A DNA stretch of 64,000 bases from Mobula hypostoma (lineage: Eukaryota). The stretch spans positions 42,160,001 to 42,224,000 of the forward strand of contig NC_086112.1 in NCBI RefSeq assembly GCF_963921235.1, in the 5' to 3' direction. A program made the position numbers and the translations under genes. Positions 40,140-53,995 of the stretch are shown here, piece after piece. Position 1 is the first letter of the stretch; every line of letters begins with the position of its first letter. The notes beneath the pieces are model-generated. The model was not told where the DNA came from. It saw only the letters and a program-made list of their open reading frames with translations, and made no database searches.

Positions 40140-40766
40140 CCAGGATTGAATGGCTTATCAAGACCATTTGATGGCTCTGGGCCCCTATTCACCAGAATTC
40201 AGAAGAATGAGGGGTGACCTAATTGAATCCTATCGAATGCTGAAAAGCCTTGATAGAATGGATGTGGAGAGGACGTTTCCTACGGTGGGAGAGTCTAGGG
40301 CCAGAGGACACAACCTCAGAATACAGGGGCATCCTTTTAGAATGGAGATGAGGAGGAATCAAATCACAAATAAGAGAAAATCTACAGATGCTGAAATCCA
40401 AGCAACACACACAAAACGCTGGAGGAACTCAGCAGGCCAGGCAGCATCTGTGGAAAAGAGTACAGTCGACGTTTTGGGCCAAAACCCTTCGGCAGGACTG
40501 AAGGAGATGAGGAGGAATTTCTTTAGCTACAGAGTGGTGAATCTGTGGAATGCTTTGCTACAGACAACCGTGGAGGCCAAGTCTTTATGTATATTTAAGG
40601 CAGAGTTTGCTAGATTCTTGATTAGTCAGGGCATGAAGGGATACAGAGAGGAGGCAGGAGACTGGGGCTGAGAGGGAAATTGGATCAGTCATGACGAAGT
40701 AGCAAAGCAGACTTAACAGGCCAAATGGCCTAATCCTGCTCCTATATCTTACGGTCTTATGGTCTA
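40140..40766 (+). mobile_element. CR1 3' end interrupted by a short PLE tail
   Basis: EFRRMRGDLIE...SRARGHNL; (ttatggtc)-type tail. Confidence 0.85.
40360..40502 (-). mobile_element. 143-bp PLE tail insertion with a mutated hammerhead
   Basis: TSD GGAGATGAGGAGGAAT (40344-40359 and 40503-40518). Confidence 0.88.
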
Positions 40767-41369
40767 AAATGTGGACTACTTCCTATATCTTGGAAGTATA
40801 ACTTTCCCAATGAAAGCCAACGTCAATGATGGAAGTTCACCACGGTTTTTAATGCAGCCTTTGGTCATCTGGAGAAAAAATGTTTTAAGTATAGTATCTC
40901 AAAACTGTTATAAAATTTATTATCTGATTGTAAGCTCTGAGTTACAGGGAACCTACAGCAGTCACTCAAGGAACTGAGATGGTCCTCAACACTAGTTTTG
41001 CAAAATCCTCCAACAGACAGGGCAAATCTGAAATGCTGCCTGCTTCAGGTCAAACTACGGGAAGTTAACGACACCCTGCAATTCCTACAGCCAATTATAC
41101 TACCCGATCAACCTTTTACAATAATTTAACTACGCTGTTTTCATCAGACTATGCTTTCACAGCAGCTACTTATTAAAGAAAGAGGTCAAGTAGGTTTTAA
41201 GGATCCACAAACCTGTTCCCTTTTCTCAATAAGATCATAGCTAACTTGTTCAGGTGTGATATCAAAAGCATTATAACAATGTACAATATGATCTTGGGCT
41301 ATGAATTTGTCTTACTAGAAATAAAGCTGTAAAATTAAAATCCCCTTGGATTTGAGAATTTTAGTTGTG

Positions 41370-41790
41370 GGGTTGGAGAATGAATAGATCAGGCTTGTTT
41401 CCCCTGGAGCAAAGGAGCCTGAGAGGTGACTAAATAGAAGTAACTAGGGTTACGAGAGAGATAGATATGTTAGGTAGTCAAAATCTCTTCCCATGGTATA
41501 GAGTACCAAAAAGAATAGAGACAGGCTCAAGGTGAGAAGAAAAAAAAATCTTTCAAGGGGATGGCACAGAGAGTGGTTGATAGGGTGAAACTTGCTGCTA
41601 ACGGAGGTGGTGGAATCATATATAATTCCACTAGTCCACTAGCAGCAGATTTAACAGGCATTTAGACAGACACCTATATAGGCAAGACATCGATACAGTC
41701 CTAATACAGGCATATGGGGAAGTGCAGACAAGCAAAAATGTTGGCATAGACAAGGTGAGCTTAAGGCCCTTTTTCTGTGCTGTATGACTA
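41370..41790 (+). mobile_element. Old CR1 3' fragment
   Basis: ttccccctggagcaaaggagcctgagaggtgacta... and the ctgtgctgtatgact 3' end. Confidence 0.7.
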
Positions 41791-42065
41791 CACTGATATA
41801 AGCATATAGACCCTCTATTGATTCAAAAATAAAAGGTCTGCCAGTTCACTGTCAAATAATACAGTAGAGTTATACAATAGGGCAGATACATATGAACAGA
41901 CAATAGAAATTTTATGTACAACACTTCATAATAAGTAAAGTTAATCTTTCTCCTCTGATCAGCTCTGTCTTTTTAGCATTTTTTAATTTCAGATTTTCAG
42001 CACTTGTCTCTATTCTCTTACTAAAATAAGTATCCGGATTATAGCAGAAGAGCGGTAAACATCTA

Positions 42066-42239
<174 letters not shown>

Positions 42240-42539
42240 TTATAAACTATGTGGAAAAAAATAACAATTACGTAGCACAGAATAACGAATCTAAAAACTG
42301 ATGCAGGAGATGAGAGATGAGATGATAAGGTGAGTTGAGAATGGCAACTGAAATCACAAGGCCAATTTGTTGCCGCATTAAGGAACCGGGCTGTGTACCT
42401 TTAGAGCAATACAGAAGCAGTGAGGTCTTACTTCAATAGCACCAAATGTTAAATAGTGTCTTCATTTACCAGAAGCAATTATATAAGATATTGGGAGCAC
42501 ACAGCACACCAGGTAGCACCCATGGTGAAAGGCAGAAGT

Positions 42540-45500
42540 TAAGGCAAGGCCAAGTAGGTTGCCTGTGTAGAATACAGACATGAAGAATGTGTGTGAGGCC
42601 GGTTTTCTGTGCTTGGTGTCAGATGTGGGAAGTCTGGGAGACTCCCAGCCTCCTGGACGGCCACATCTGTACCAGATGTGTCGAGCTGCAGCTCCTGAGG
42701 GATTGCGTTAGGAAACTGGAGATGCAGCTTGATGACTTTTGTCTGGTCAGGGAAAGTGAGGAGGTGATAGAGAGGAGCTATAGGCAGGTAGTCACACCAG
42801 GGCCTCGGGAGACAGTTAAGTGAGAAACAGTCAGGAAAAGGAAGGGCAAGAGTCAGAGGCTACAGAGCACCCCTGTCATTGTACCCCTTGACAATAAGTA
42901 CTCCTGTTTGAGTACTGTTGTGGGGGACGGCCTACCTGGTGGAAGCAACAGTGGCCCCACCTCTGGCACAGAGTCTGGCTCTGTGGTTCAGAAGGGTCGG
43001 GAAAGGAAGAGGATGGCAGCAGTGATGGGGGACTCTATAGTTAGGGGGTCAGACAGGCGATTCTGTGGATGCAGGAAAGCACGGATGGTAGTTTGCCTCC
43101 CAGGTGCCAGGGTCTAGGATGTTTCTGATCGCATCCACGATATCCTGAAGTGGGAAGGAGAACAGCCAGAGGTTGTGGTACATATTGGTAGGAGGTCCTG
43201 AAAGCAGATTACAGGGAGTTAGGAAGGAATTTGAGAAGCAGGACCACAAAGGTAGTCATCTCGGGATTACTGCCTGTGCCACGTGACAGTGAGTATTGGA
43301 ATAGAGTGAGGTGGAGGATAAATACGTGGCTGAGGTATTGGAGCAGGGGGCGGGGATTCAGATTTCTGGATCATTGGGACCTCTTTTGGGGCAGGAGTGA
43401 CCTGTACAAAAAGGACGGGTTGCACTTGAATCCCAAGGGCACCAATATCCTGGCGGGGAGGTTTGCTAAGGCTACTGGGCAGAGTTTAAACTAGGATGGC
43501 TGGGGGGTGGGAACCAAACTGAAGAGACAGAGGAAGGGGCAGTTGGCTCACAAATAGAGAAAGCTTGGAGACAATGTGAGAGGATGGATAGGCAGAATGG
43601 TCTATTTTAATGCCAGAAGCATCATGAACAAAGCGGATGAGCTTAGAGCATGGATGAGTACTTGGAGCTATGATATTGTGGCCATTACAGAGACTTGGAT
43701 GGCTCAGGGGCAGAAATGGTTACTTTGAGTGAGAGGCTTTAGATGTTTCAGAAAGGACAGGGAGGGAGGCAAAAGAGGAGGGGGAGTGGCACTGTTGATC
43801 AGAGATAGTGTCACGGCTGCAGAAAAGGAGGAAGACATGGAGGGATTGTCTACGGAATCTCCGTGGGTGGAAATTAGGAACAGGAAGGGGTCAATAAGTC
43901 TACTGGGTGTTTTTTATAGACCACCCAATCGTAACAGGGACATCGAGGAGCAGATAGGGAGACAGATTCTGGAAAGCTGTAATAACAACATGGTTGTCAT
44001 GGTGGGAGATTTTAATTTCCCAAATATCAATTGGCATGTCCCTAGAGCAAGGGGTTTAGATGGAGGGGAGTTTGTTTGGTGTGTTCAAGAAGGTCTCTTG
44101 ACATAATATGTAGATAAGCCTACTAGAGGAGAGCCTGTACTTGATCTGGTATTGGGAAATGAACCTGGTCAGGTGTCAGGTTTCTCAGTGGGACAGCATT
44201 TTGGAGATAGTGATCACAATTCTCTCTCCTTTACCAATGGAGAGGGATAGGAACAGACAAGTTAGGAAAGTGTCTAATTGGAGTAAGGGGAAATATGAGG
44301 CTATCAGGTAAGAACTTGGAAGCATAAATTGGGAACAGATGTTCTCAGGGAAATGCATGGAAGAAATGTGGCAAATGTTCAGGGGATATTTGTGTGGAGT
44401 TCTGCACAGGTACATTCCAATGAGACAGGGAAAGGATGGTAAGGGACCGTGGTGTACAAAGACTGTTGTAAATCTAGTCAAGAAGTAGAGCTTACGAAAG
44501 GTTCAAAAAACTAGGTAGTGATAAATATCTAGAAGATTATAAGGCTAGCAGGGAGGAGCTTAAGAAAGAAATTAGGAGAGCCAGAAGGGGCCATGAGGAG
44601 GCCTGGCGGACAGGATTAAGGAAAACCCCAAGGCATCCTACAAGTATGTGAAGAGCAAGATGATAATAATTGAGAGAAGAGGACCAATCAAGAGTGACAG
44701 TGGAAAAGTGTGTATGGAACTGGAGGAGATAGCAGAGGTACTCAATGAGTACTTTGCTTCAGCATTCACTATGGAAAAGGATCTTGGCGATTGTAAGGAT
44801 GACTTACACTGGATTGAAAAGCTTGAGCATGTAGATATTAAGAAAGAGGATGTGCTGGCGCTTTTGGAAAGCATCAAGTTGCATAAGTCACTGGGACTGG
44901 ACGAGAGGTACCCCAGGTTACTGTGGGAGGTGAGGGAGGAGATTGCTGAGCCTCTGGCGATGATCCTTGCATTATCAATGGGGACAGGAGAGGTTCCAGA
45001 GGACTGGAGGGTAGCGGATGTTGTTCCAATATTCAAGAAAGGGAGAAAAGATAACCCAGGAAATTATAGACCAGTGAGTCTTACTTCAGTGGTTGGTAAG
45101 CTGATGGAGAAGATCCTGAGAGGCAGGATTTATGAACATTTGGAGAGGCATAACATGACTAGGAATAGTCAGCATGGCTTTGTTAAAGGCAGGTCATGCC
45201 TTACGAGCTTGATTAAATTTCTTGAGGATGTGACTAAACACAGTGATGAAGGTAGAGCTGTAGAAGTAGTGCATATGGATTTCAGCAAGGCATTTGACAA
45301 GGTACCCCATGCAAGGCTTATTGAGAAAGTAAGGAGGCGTGGGATCCAAGGGGACATTGCTTTGTGGATCCAGAACTGGCTTGCCCACAGAAGACAAAGA
45401 GTGGTTGTAGACGGGTCATATTCTGCATGGAGGTTGGTCACCAGTGGTGTGCCTCAGGGATCTGTTCTGGGACCCCTACTCTTTGTGATTTTCATAAATG

Positions 45501-46443
45501 ACCTGGATGAGGACATGGAGGCATGGGTTAGTAAATTCACTGATGACACAAAGGTTGGAGGTGTTGTGGATAGTGTGGAAGGCTGTCAGATGTTACAGTG
45601 GGACATTGATAGGATGCAAAACTTGGCTGAGAAGTGACAGATGGAGTTCAATCCAGATAAGTGTGAGGTGGTTCATTTTGGTAGGTCAAATATGATGACA
45701 GAATGTAGTATTAATGGTAAGACTCTTGGCAGTGTGGAGGATCAGAGGGATCTTGGGGTCCGAGTCCATTGGACACTCAAAGCTGCTGCACAGGTTTACT
45801 CTGTGGTTAAGAAAGCATACAGTGCATTGGCCTTCAATCATGGGATTGAGTTTAGGAGCCAAGAGGTAATGTTGTAGCTATACAGGATCCTGGTCAGACC
45901 ACACTTGGAGTTCTGTGCTCAGTTCTGGTTGCCTCACTACAGGATGGATGTGGAAACCATAGAAAGGATGCAGAGGAGATTTACAAGAATGTTGCCTGGA
46001 TTGGGGAGCATGCTTTATGAGAATAGGTTGAGTGAACTCGGCCTTTCTCCCCTAGAGCAACGGAGGATGAGAGGTGATCTGATAGAGGTGTATAAACTGA
46101 TGAGAGGCATTGATCATGTAGATAGTCAGAGGCTTTATCCCAGGGCTGAAATGGCTAGCACGAGAGGGCACAGTTTTAAGGTGCTTGGAAGTAGGTACAG
46201 ACGAGATGTCAAGGGTAAGTTTTTTTACGCAGAGTGGTGAGTGTGGGGAATGGGCTGCCGGTGACGGTGGTGGAGGTGGATACGATAGGGTCTTTTAAGA
46301 GACTCCTGGGCAGGTACATGGACCTCAGAAAAATAGAGGGCTATGGTTAACCCTCAGTAAATTCTAAGGTAAAGACATGTTCAGCACAGTTTTGTGGGCC
46401 GAACAGCCTGTATTGTGCAGTAGGTTTTCTATGTTCATATGTT
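42540..46443 (+). mobile_element. Near full-length CR1 LINE (ORF1 zinc finger plus SGNH esterase; ORF2 APE endonuclease plus RT), disrupted
   Basis: CAWCQM...CTRC, MGDSIVRG, DGLHLN; GVFYRPPN, MVGDFNFP; NYRPVSLTS, GVPQGSVLGP, KFTDDTK; (ttctatg)-like tail; several stops and frameshifts. Confidence 0.93.
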
Positions 46444-46506
46444 AACATTTCAGGAAAACTGAGGAAACAAGTGTGTTTTAAAAAGTTTGTGGACGTTTGT
46501 GAGTGC

Positions 46507-46529
46507 GTGTGTGTGTGTGTGTGTGTGTG
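46507..46529. repeat. (GT)n microsatellite
   Basis: Direct reading. Confidence 0.9.
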
Positions 46530-46690
46530 TCCGTGTTGGGGAGGTGACAGGGCAGAAGGGGAAGGAGATGGAAAGAGGTGGGGTTGATTCTGATAGGAAG
46601 CAGATCAAAATTATTACTTTTAATTCAATGATTTTAGATAAAGAGATCTTTTTTGCCTGTTTGGTTCAATCTCAGTTTGTCCCTTTCCTT

Positions 46691-46896
46691 AAACAACAGG
46701 AATTCTGCAGATGCTGGAAATTCAAGCAACATACATCAAAGTTGCTGGTGAACGCAGCAGGCCAAGCAGCATCTGTAGGAAGAGGCGCAGTCGACGTTTC
46801 AGGCCGAGACCCTTCGTCAGGACCTGAAACGTCGACTGCACCTCTTCCTACAGATGCTGCTTGGTCTGCTGGGTTCACCAGCAACTTTGATGTATG
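46691..46896. mobile_element. 206-bp hairpin mini-PLE (inverted pair of PLE 3' tails)
   Basis: The arms are reverse complements joined at the hammerhead; TSD TTGTCCCTTTCCTT (46677-46690 and 46897-46910). Confidence 0.9.
46789..46823 (-). ncRNA. Minimal hammerhead motif in the hairpin mini-PLE
   Basis: GUC-CUGACGA-AGGGUCUCGGCCU-GAAA-CG-UC|GACU, core intact. Confidence 0.75.
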
Positions 46897-47657
46897 TTGT
46901 CCCTTTCCTTCCTTGCTTAACTTCCTGCATTAAAGTAATGGTTACCTTGAAAACTTTGGTGTGCATTCCCTCTAACATTATCACTCCCAAGCCTCTTCCA
47001 CTAGGCCCCCACCAACCCCCTGAATAAACACAGTAGAGTTGCAGAAACTGTGTAGTTACAAGCCTGCTGATAGAGTCAACCACTGAAATGACTGTGGCAC
47101 AATGAATTTTGGCTTCTCCTTACTAGTTCTGAAAACAAGTGAACCTTTGATTGCATAATGCTTATAATTACTGTGATGCTGATTGGACACACAAGAACTG
47201 CTCAGCATAGTTTCTGTAAATTTTTCTGAAGGTATTAATAAAATTTCATAGCTATTGTATGTACACATATTGTGATAAATGCCATTCATACACTCATCTT
47301 TGTGTAATACATTCACTGGACTATTAAACGTTTGAAAGAAGACCTGATGATGTACTCTCCCGTCACTTTTGAAACATGATTAAGAATCAGTATCTGGACA
47401 TGAGAGAACCATTGAAAGGTTTACTTAACATGCAGCCAGAGACGGCCTCAAGTACAAACAGTACGAGAAGTTAGACTACTGAATTAGTCTAAACTCAGCT
47501 ACTGAGATATAGGGGATGTATTAAAGAAACAAAGAAATACAGTATGTTGGCTGCATGTCGTCCTACTGAACATCGTGGGCATGCTATGTTGGCGGCACTA
47601 TAGGTGGTGACGGTTACAGGCTGCCCACAACACATCCTTAGATTGTATTAACTATCA

Positions 47658-47927
<270 letters not shown>

Positions 47928-48062
47928 TTACTAATGATACTGATTTTTTGAATGTATTTTGCTTTTCAATAAAACTATGCTCATTTCATAATTTCAAATT
48001 AACAAAGCATTTGATCCCTAAGGATCATTGGACAGCTTTTATTAATTAGTTATTTTGAAGTA

Positions 48063-49845
48063 TCAGAATCAGAATTAATATCACACCGACACATTGTGAA
48101 ATTTTTTTGTTTTGCAGCAGCTGTCCATTGAAATACATAGTAATAAAAAAATTAAATTACAGTAAGAAATACTGTATATATAAACAATAAGTAAGTAATG
48201 CAAAAAACAAAACACTAGCAAAAACCAGTGAGGTAGCGTTCATGGGTTCATTGTCCATTCAGAAATCTATTGGCGGAGGGGAATGTTGTGTGTGTGTCTT
48301 CAGGCTCCTGTACTTTCTCCTTGATGGTGGAAATGCGAAGAGGACATGCCCGGGTGATGGGGGTCCTTAACGATGAATGCTGCCTTCTTCTGGCATCTCC
48401 TTTTGAAGGCTTCCTATATGCTGGGGAGGCTCGTGCCCATGATGGAGCTGGCTGAAACTTACAACTTTCTGATCCGGTGCAGTGACCACTCCATATCAGA
48501 TGGTGATGCAACCAGTTAGAAAGCCTTCACCTGTCTTTGGTGACACACCAATTCTCCTCAAACTCCTTATGAAAAATATAGGTGCTGTCGTGCCTTCTTT
48601 GCAATTGCACCAACGTGTTGGACCCAGGATAGATATTCAAAGATGCTGAAACCCAGGAACTTGAAGCTGATCCCTCAATGAGGACTGGTGTGTGATCCCT
48701 CGACTTCCCCTTCCCGAAGTCCACAGCTAGTTCCTTGGTCTGACTGAAGTTGAGTGCAAGGTTGTTGCTTTGATACCACTCAACTACCTGATTTATCTCC
48801 TCCTGTATGCCTCCTCGTCACTCTGCCAACAATAGTTGTGTGATCAGCAAATTTATAGATGCCATTTGAGCGGTGGGCTCAGCACATATACTTGAGGTGT
48901 ATTAGTGCTGATTGTCAGTGAGGAAGAGAATTTATTTCCAATCTGCACTGACTGTGGTCTCCTGATGAAGCAGGCAAGGTCCCAGTTGCAGGGGAATGCA
49001 CAGAGGCTTTGGAGCTTGTTGATTGGAATTGAGGGTACAGTTGTGTTGAAGGCTGAGCTGTAATCAATAACCAGCAGCCTGATGTAGCTATTACTATTGT
49101 GCAGGTGATCTAAGGTTGAGTGGAGAGCCAGTGAGATTGTACCTACTGCAGACCTATTGTTGTGATAAGCAAATTGCAGCAGGACTAGTTCCTTGCTTAG
49201 GCAGGAGTTGATCCTGGCCATGACCAATCTCTCAAAGTACTGCATCACAGTAGATGTGAGTGCAACTGGACGATAGTCATTGTGGCAGCTCACTCTGCTC
49301 TTCTTGGGCACTGGTACGATTGTCACTCTTTTGAAGCAGGTGGGAAATTCTGATTATGGCAGTGAGAGATTGAAGGTGTCCATGAACACTCCGACCAGTT
49401 GGTTAGCACAAGTTTTCAATGCCCTACCAGGGACAGCATCAGGGCCTGACCCCTTGTGAGTGTACACCCTCTTGAAAGATGTTCTGACGACGGCCTCCGA
49501 TACAGAGATCACAGGGTCACCGGGTGCTGCATGGATTCGCACAGGTCTAGTTTTATTCTCCCTTTCAAAGTGTGCATAAAAGGCGATGAGCTCACCTGGG
49601 AATGAAGCACCACTGCCACTTATGACGTTAGCTTTCGCCTTGTAGGAAGTAATGGCCTGCAAGCCCTGCCAGAGCTGATGTGCATCTGATTCTGTCTCTA
49701 ACCTCAATCAGAATCGCTTTTAAAATAGGCTTCCGCAAGTTGTACCTGGACATCTTGTAGAGTTCTGGATCACCACTCTTGAATGCCAAAGATCTAGCCC
49801 TCAACAGACTACAAATCTCCTGGTTCATCCATGGCTTTTGGGTTG
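48063..49845 (-). mobile_element. Rex1/Babar-type LINE fragment
   Basis: [32 protein letters not shown] and LWQGLQAITSYK. Confidence 0.87.
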
Positions 49846-50189
49846 CATGTGCACTCTATCATTTACCATCATACTATACGCTCTTAAACTATTCCTACAG
49901 ACCAGTCATTAAGATTATATTGTAATCAATACAATGACTAGTGAGGTTAATGGAAATGTAAATGGGTCAGGTAGCATTTTGATTAGATGACTCATCATCA
50001 TCCAAAATTTTAGTTACCATCTCCCATGTGAAGAGCATCTAATCTCCATCTTTTATCCTTTCCAGAATTTCCATTGTTCTGAAATCTCCAGGAAACCAAA
50101 CTTCACTTTGTTCACTCGCCACCATCCCTCACTGCATATCCTGCACTCCATAGGCTCACATAAACCAAAGCAGTATCATTAAGATGAAG

Positions 50190-51040
50190 TGCCATAGGAC
50201 AAGTGAGTACCGAATGTTGTTCCATTATTCAAAAAGAGAAGTATGGATAATCCTGGAAACAACAGGTCGGTGGGTTATGTCAGTAGTAAAAAAAAAGCTA
50301 CTGGAGAGAAGCCATGGAGACAGCATTTGAAAAATGATGGCCTAATTGGGGACAGTCATGTCTCACTAACTTAATTGAGGCTTTTCAAGGAGGTGACAAA
50401 AGTAAATGATGAAAATAAATCTGTGGACATCAACCACATGGATTTTAGTACAGTGTTCGACAAGGCGCCTCATGGAAGGCTCATCTGCAAGATTAAGATA
50501 CATGGGATCCATGGTGAAATGGGCATTTAGATTCAGAATTAGTTTGCCAATAAAAGACAAGGGCAGTGGTTAATGGGACCTTGATGAAAATGTAGATGGA
50601 TGGATTGCTTAATAAATTCACAAACAATACAAAGATTGGTAGTGCTGTGGATAGTGTAGAGGAAGGCAAAAGAATACAGTGAGATATAGGTCAATTACAG
50701 ATCTGGGCAGAGAAATAGCAAATGTCATTTAACTCACACAAATATGAGGTGTTGCATTTTGAGAGATTAAATGTCAAAGGATAGTATACGGTTGATGGCA
50801 AGACCCATCACAGTGTTGAAGTACAGAGAGATCTTGGAATGCAAGTTCACAGCTCCCTGCAAGTGGCTACACAGGTTGATATGGTGGTAAAGAAGGCATA
50901 TAGCAAGCTCGCCTTTATTAGTCAAGGAACTGAGTTCAAGAGCAGGCAGTTACAGTATGTTGCAGCTTTATAAAATTATAGTTAGGCTGCATCTGGAATA
51001 TTGCATTCAATTCTAGTCACACCAGTACTGGATGAATGAA
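50190..51040 (+). mobile_element. Degenerate CR1 RT fragment
   Basis: Nucleotide similarity to 44980-45950. Confidence 0.75.
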
Positions 51041-51114
51041 CAAAAATGTTGTTATTGTGAAAAAAATAATCAATTAACTGATCAATTTTATTTTGGAATA
51101 ACTGATCAGTTTTA

Positions 51115-51435
<321 letters not shown>

Positions 51436-52175
51436 TCATTAGTTTTATTCAGGAAATTGTTCAAATTTAAGAATGGGTGGGCTAAACCAGTACAGACTTG
51501 TAGTATAGGACCAAGACTAAGTTGTGTTGGTAATATTGTACTATTGAGAAGAGATTCTCCTAATCAAACTTTCTGCTCATCATATCTAATCCGAGTCTCC
51601 CCATCCCCCTAGCATTGTCCGACCATATGATCCACACCAGCACCCACCAGTTCTCCACTACTACATTTCCATTTGTCCTTTTGTAAAACTGACATTATCA
51701 ACATCACCTTGAAAAAACAGAAACCATCTTTGCCTAACATCAAGTGCAAAAGTATTTACTTCCTAAAATTGAACTGAAAACCCCCTGACACAAACCTTTT
51801 GGCCTTGAAATACCTCCACAGAAGAAACAGTGTTATGCAAATGAAAATCAGGTTAATTGGGTTAACTACTAGTTTAACAAAATTGTGAACATTCCTGGGT
51901 GTCTTGAAAGCTATCAGCAAATTTGACTCCTGACATTATTAGGATTTTCACTTGCGCTGAAGCCTTTTCTCTGGCATCAGAACTCCCCATGTGAAATCAA
52001 CAATACAGCAACACCCAAAATGCATCACAATACTAATTTTCAACCTCACTCTTATCAAATTTGACAGTATTTATTTAGTCATTAACAAGGAAGGTTTTAC
52101 TAACTCTTTGTCCCCTAGGAAAATGCTATCTAAAGAGCCAACACTTTTGTGGGGGGCTGTTGTGCCTCAGGAGCC

Positions 52176-53052
52176 TGAGTGAGTTTTCTGAGGGTTTAAC
52201 AAAACAAGTTGATGAAGACAGAGCGGTGGATGTGGTGTGTATGGATTTTAGTAAATGGGGTTCAATCCAGAAAAGTGTGAATTGATACACTTTGGAAGAT
52301 TGAACTTGAAGATGGAGTACAAGGTTAAAGGCAGGACACTTGGCACTGTGTAGGAACAAGGGCATCTTAGGGTCCAAGTCCATGGATCCCTCAATGTTAC
52401 CATGCAGATTGATAGGGTGGCTGAGAAGGATTAATGTGTGTTGGCCTTCATTAGTCAGGGGATTGAGTTCAAGAGTCTGTCGATTAAGTTGCAGCTCTAT
52501 AAAACTCGAGTCACACCACACTTCTGTGATCAGTTCAGGTCACATCATTACAGGAAGAATGTAGGAGCTCTAGACAGGCTATGAGGATGCTGTGAAGATT
52601 AGAGAAAATATCTTGTGAGGAAAGCTTGAGCAAGCTAGGACTTTTCTCCTTGGATTGAAACAGGCTGAGTGAGGACTTGCGAGAGATGTATGTATAAGAT
52701 TATGAAATGCACATACAGAACGGACAGACAGTACCTTTTTGCCAGGGTGGCAATGGTCACTACTGAAGGACGTCAGTTTAGGATGAGTAGGGAAAGGTTT
52801 AGGGGAGATGTCAGCGGTAGGGTTATTACATAGAGAGTGGTATGTGTCTGCAACGCACTGCCAGCGATGGTGGTAGAGGCTGATGCAATAGGGACATTTA
52901 AGAGACTCTTGGATAGGCACGTATATAAGAAAGATGGAGAGTTATGGAATTTGTAGGAGGGAAGGGCCATGGAGTAGGTTTATATAGGTTGGCATAACAT
53001 CATTGGCCAAAGGTTTCGTGTTGTCCTATACTGCTCTATGTCCCATGTTCTA
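52176..53052 (+). mobile_element. Degenerate CR1 3' fragment
   Basis: Similarity to 45200-46440 with deletions. Confidence 0.75.
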
Positions 53053-53995
53053 GCACTCAAACCACATTGTATTCTTTACCTCCACCATTTTGTGTGTGTT
53101 GCTTTGCGTTCTTTATCCTGATGTTTCTTGGATTACTTTGCCCTTGCAAGCCAAGGCCACAGTCACTCACAGATTCCTCGACTTGGTAACCTTCCAGTCT
53201 GCTATTGTTGATTTCTGTCACATCTCAGTGTTCAATAAGATCACACAAACTATATAGTTATGGAGATCAGAGTTCATCTGCTCTTCCTTTATCCCGCAGA
53301 AACAGGCGCAGTGGGTGCTGGGATCTGTCTGCACTGCAGGCTTCCGTGAAGTGCAAGCACTCACTGACTGAACTCACACACGCAGTGTTACTGCCTGCAG
53401 AGACTTCCCGGCGATCTCTTTGTCAGGAGAGCCTTCCTGCAGCCCTGCAGGTTTTCTCTGCACCCCTCCTTCGCAGCAAGAACATGTCTACTACCAGAGC
53501 TTGTTATGCACCCAACTATGCACGTCCTCCTGACCGCACACCCAGGAGTACACTCTCACCCAATGAAATTAGTTCAAGTTCACATGCAGGTTCAAATGTA
53601 TTATTATTAATAGTACACATATACAGCCAAATGAAACAACATACCTCCGGACCGCGGCACACCCACAAAACATACATCACACGCAGCACGTAAACCAATA
53701 TATTACCATAAATAAGTTAATAAAATATAATTTAAAATGCCCACATCATGCACAGCACAGGGAAGCAGTAAACAGTGATCGTTGCAGTATCCATTTGTTA
53801 AGTTGCAATACTCACAACAGTGCTGTTTCAGCTATAGTAGGTCCCTTTTCAGCTGAGGTCACAGCTATCAAACCAAGTGTCAGCAACAACAAAAACTTGC
53901 AATTGCTCAATAGCATTGTGTCCACTGAAACTAACCCACTAGGAAACCCAACTATACTGTCTGATGAACATAACGAGAAATTACAAGTTTTAGGA

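Noticed and set aside
40150-40671. 173-aa ORF as a chimeric gene
   Set aside because: It is a CR1 C-terminus with a chance in-frame PLE tail insertion.
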